Assembly (NCBI GenBank): GCA_965235115.1
Contig: OZ249439.1
Span: 22,258,001-22,322,000 of the forward strand
Reading direction: 5' to 3'
DNA length: 64,000 nt
From: Laetmonice hystrix
Taxonomy: Eukaryota
This document shows, in pieces, positions 62,304 through 64,000 of the stretch (positions are counted from its first letter, which is position 1; every line of letters begins with the position of its first letter). The notes beneath the pieces were generated by a model. That model saw only the letters and a program-made list of their open reading frames with translations, did no database searches and had not been told where the DNA came from. The position numbers and the translations under genes are program-made.

Positions 62304-64000
62304 CCCTACTCTACACCGCCCGCATGTTTACATCCCCGACATCCTCGGCCATTCCAGGCCGCGTCGTCACTCATTGTAATCCACGAGACGCCCGGGGTGA
62401 GGGTGGGGGTGGGGGTGGGGGGGGGGGATTCCACGGGGGATGAACTGACGGTTGGCATGACAACCACAGGTGTGTCGGGCGAGGAAAGCATCCGGTAGAG
62501 CCTCCCATTGTCGACCCCCGCCTTCGGTCAGACCTGGGGTAGTGATGATACCCTTGGATTGCAGGGTGAGATTGTGATTTGTGTGGTCGGCTCAGGTCAG
62601 GTTGCCCAGGTGGTCAGTGACGTGGTGTTAACCCTTGCCTTCCCACGTGTTTTAGCGGAGAAAACATGATTTAGATGGCCTTGGTTGGGGCCAAGCCCTG
62701 ATGGTCAAAGTGTGTTCCCTGACACCACCACTGAGTTTATCGGCAGAGAGGGGTAATTACTTGCCACTTTCCGAAAGGGGGTGGGGTGGGGTATTGCGGG
62801 AAGTGCGGGGAGTTGTAGAATTGAGGTACGATCCGAATTCGACTAGTTGCCACGAGTTCCCACCAGGGGTCACTGTCAGACAGCGGGACAAGCACGGTAT
62901 GTAGGTCATGTCACGATGTGTTATAAAGAGGCGTCGATTGTCACACCCAGACAACCTCGAGACGTCTGTATGGACATGCTGTGTTCCTGTCACGTGTGAC
63001 ATTAATCAAAACACCAACTCGGTATGAATACTTCATTAAAAAAAACCATCCCAGTTCCATTAACGTTGGCGCTATACAGGAGCAGTATGTCCCAGCCAGT
63101 TAATATTCTACTCCATCATGTGCTTAGAATAAGCAAGATTTAGAATGAAATCCGGGATTAAAATTAAATGTGTCTCATCCATACCATATGGTGTGATCCA
63201 AGGAAGGAGGAGACCTTTTGTGTGATGCGATGAGTGATGACAGATTATGTCGACAAGGATTCAAAGGACCGTTCCGTTCACAGAATTTGTACGATTTGCC
63301 AAGCACGTCACGATCTTGTCTGAATCTGTTGTGGACAGGATGGCGGGCGGGAGGGAGAGAGAAAAAGGTGAGAGTGTGACGGAAACCAAGGAGTCTTTGT
63401 GACGACAGCCACGGCGGACAGTTCAATTTGGCCTCGTTAGGAGGGACTGCCAACCCTCGGACACCTCATTAGCCACGAGTGGAGCAAACTGGCGGTGTGA
63501 GAGAGTGGAAATAAAAACTGCTGCCTCCTCAGGTAAAGCACACGGCAGAAGAAAACACCAGTTTTATGATAACCTCCCGTGGAATCTCAGACATCGTCGA
63601 TCTTCTGATATATATATATTTATATATTTCATATACACAATTTATGGTAACCTATTCTTCCATTTTCTATTTAAAATGATTCAGTAATCCGTATGTTTCA
63701 AAATCCGAACACATTTTAATGGGCACCAAGCTGTTTGGATAAACGAGGTCTGACTAGTCGTTGTCGTTGTCGATAGTCGTTGGCTTTAAATAATATTGGC
63801 GTTCATGAGAATGACTTATTCAGCAGTTGTTCACACGGACTGGGTGGTAAGACTATTCACGTTTGATTCATGTTTAAAAGTATAGATCTGCACTAATTGT
63901 TAAAACAAAGGGTAACGCTTCAAGTATGTCGTTGCCAAGGTTACTGGCACGTTTCTCTTTGAGGTTAACACGAAACTTTATTCAGCTTGCCAAACCTAAT

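Overview
This is animal (eukaryotic, invertebrate-looking) genomic DNA, not a prokaryotic region. The only protein-coding sequence I can support is the terminal coding exon of an ANKRD50 orthologue on the + strand (51595-53313). It encodes about 7.5 ankyrin repeats, a low-complexity tail with three ANKRD50-like conserved islands, and the C-terminal PDZ-binding end KKETPL. A strong splice donor lies 20 nt after the stop. The other ~62 kb looks intronic or intergenic. About 12 kb (~19%) is made of ~16 mutually unrelated minisatellite arrays (units 18-144 bp), several with higher-order or variant-ordered structure. There are also several small non-autonomous TIR elements (the best is a PIF/Harbinger-type MITE with perfect 33-bp TIRs and a TAA TSD) and roughly two dozen long G/C homopolymer tracts. 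Almost all long ORFs in the supplied track come from repeat units that lack a stop in one frame. I found no CRISPR array, RNA gene or autonomous transposon, and I cannot claim a novel system. The most unusual pattern is that TGACAG/CTGTCA recurs in the units of many unrelated arrays. All counts are by hand and approximate.
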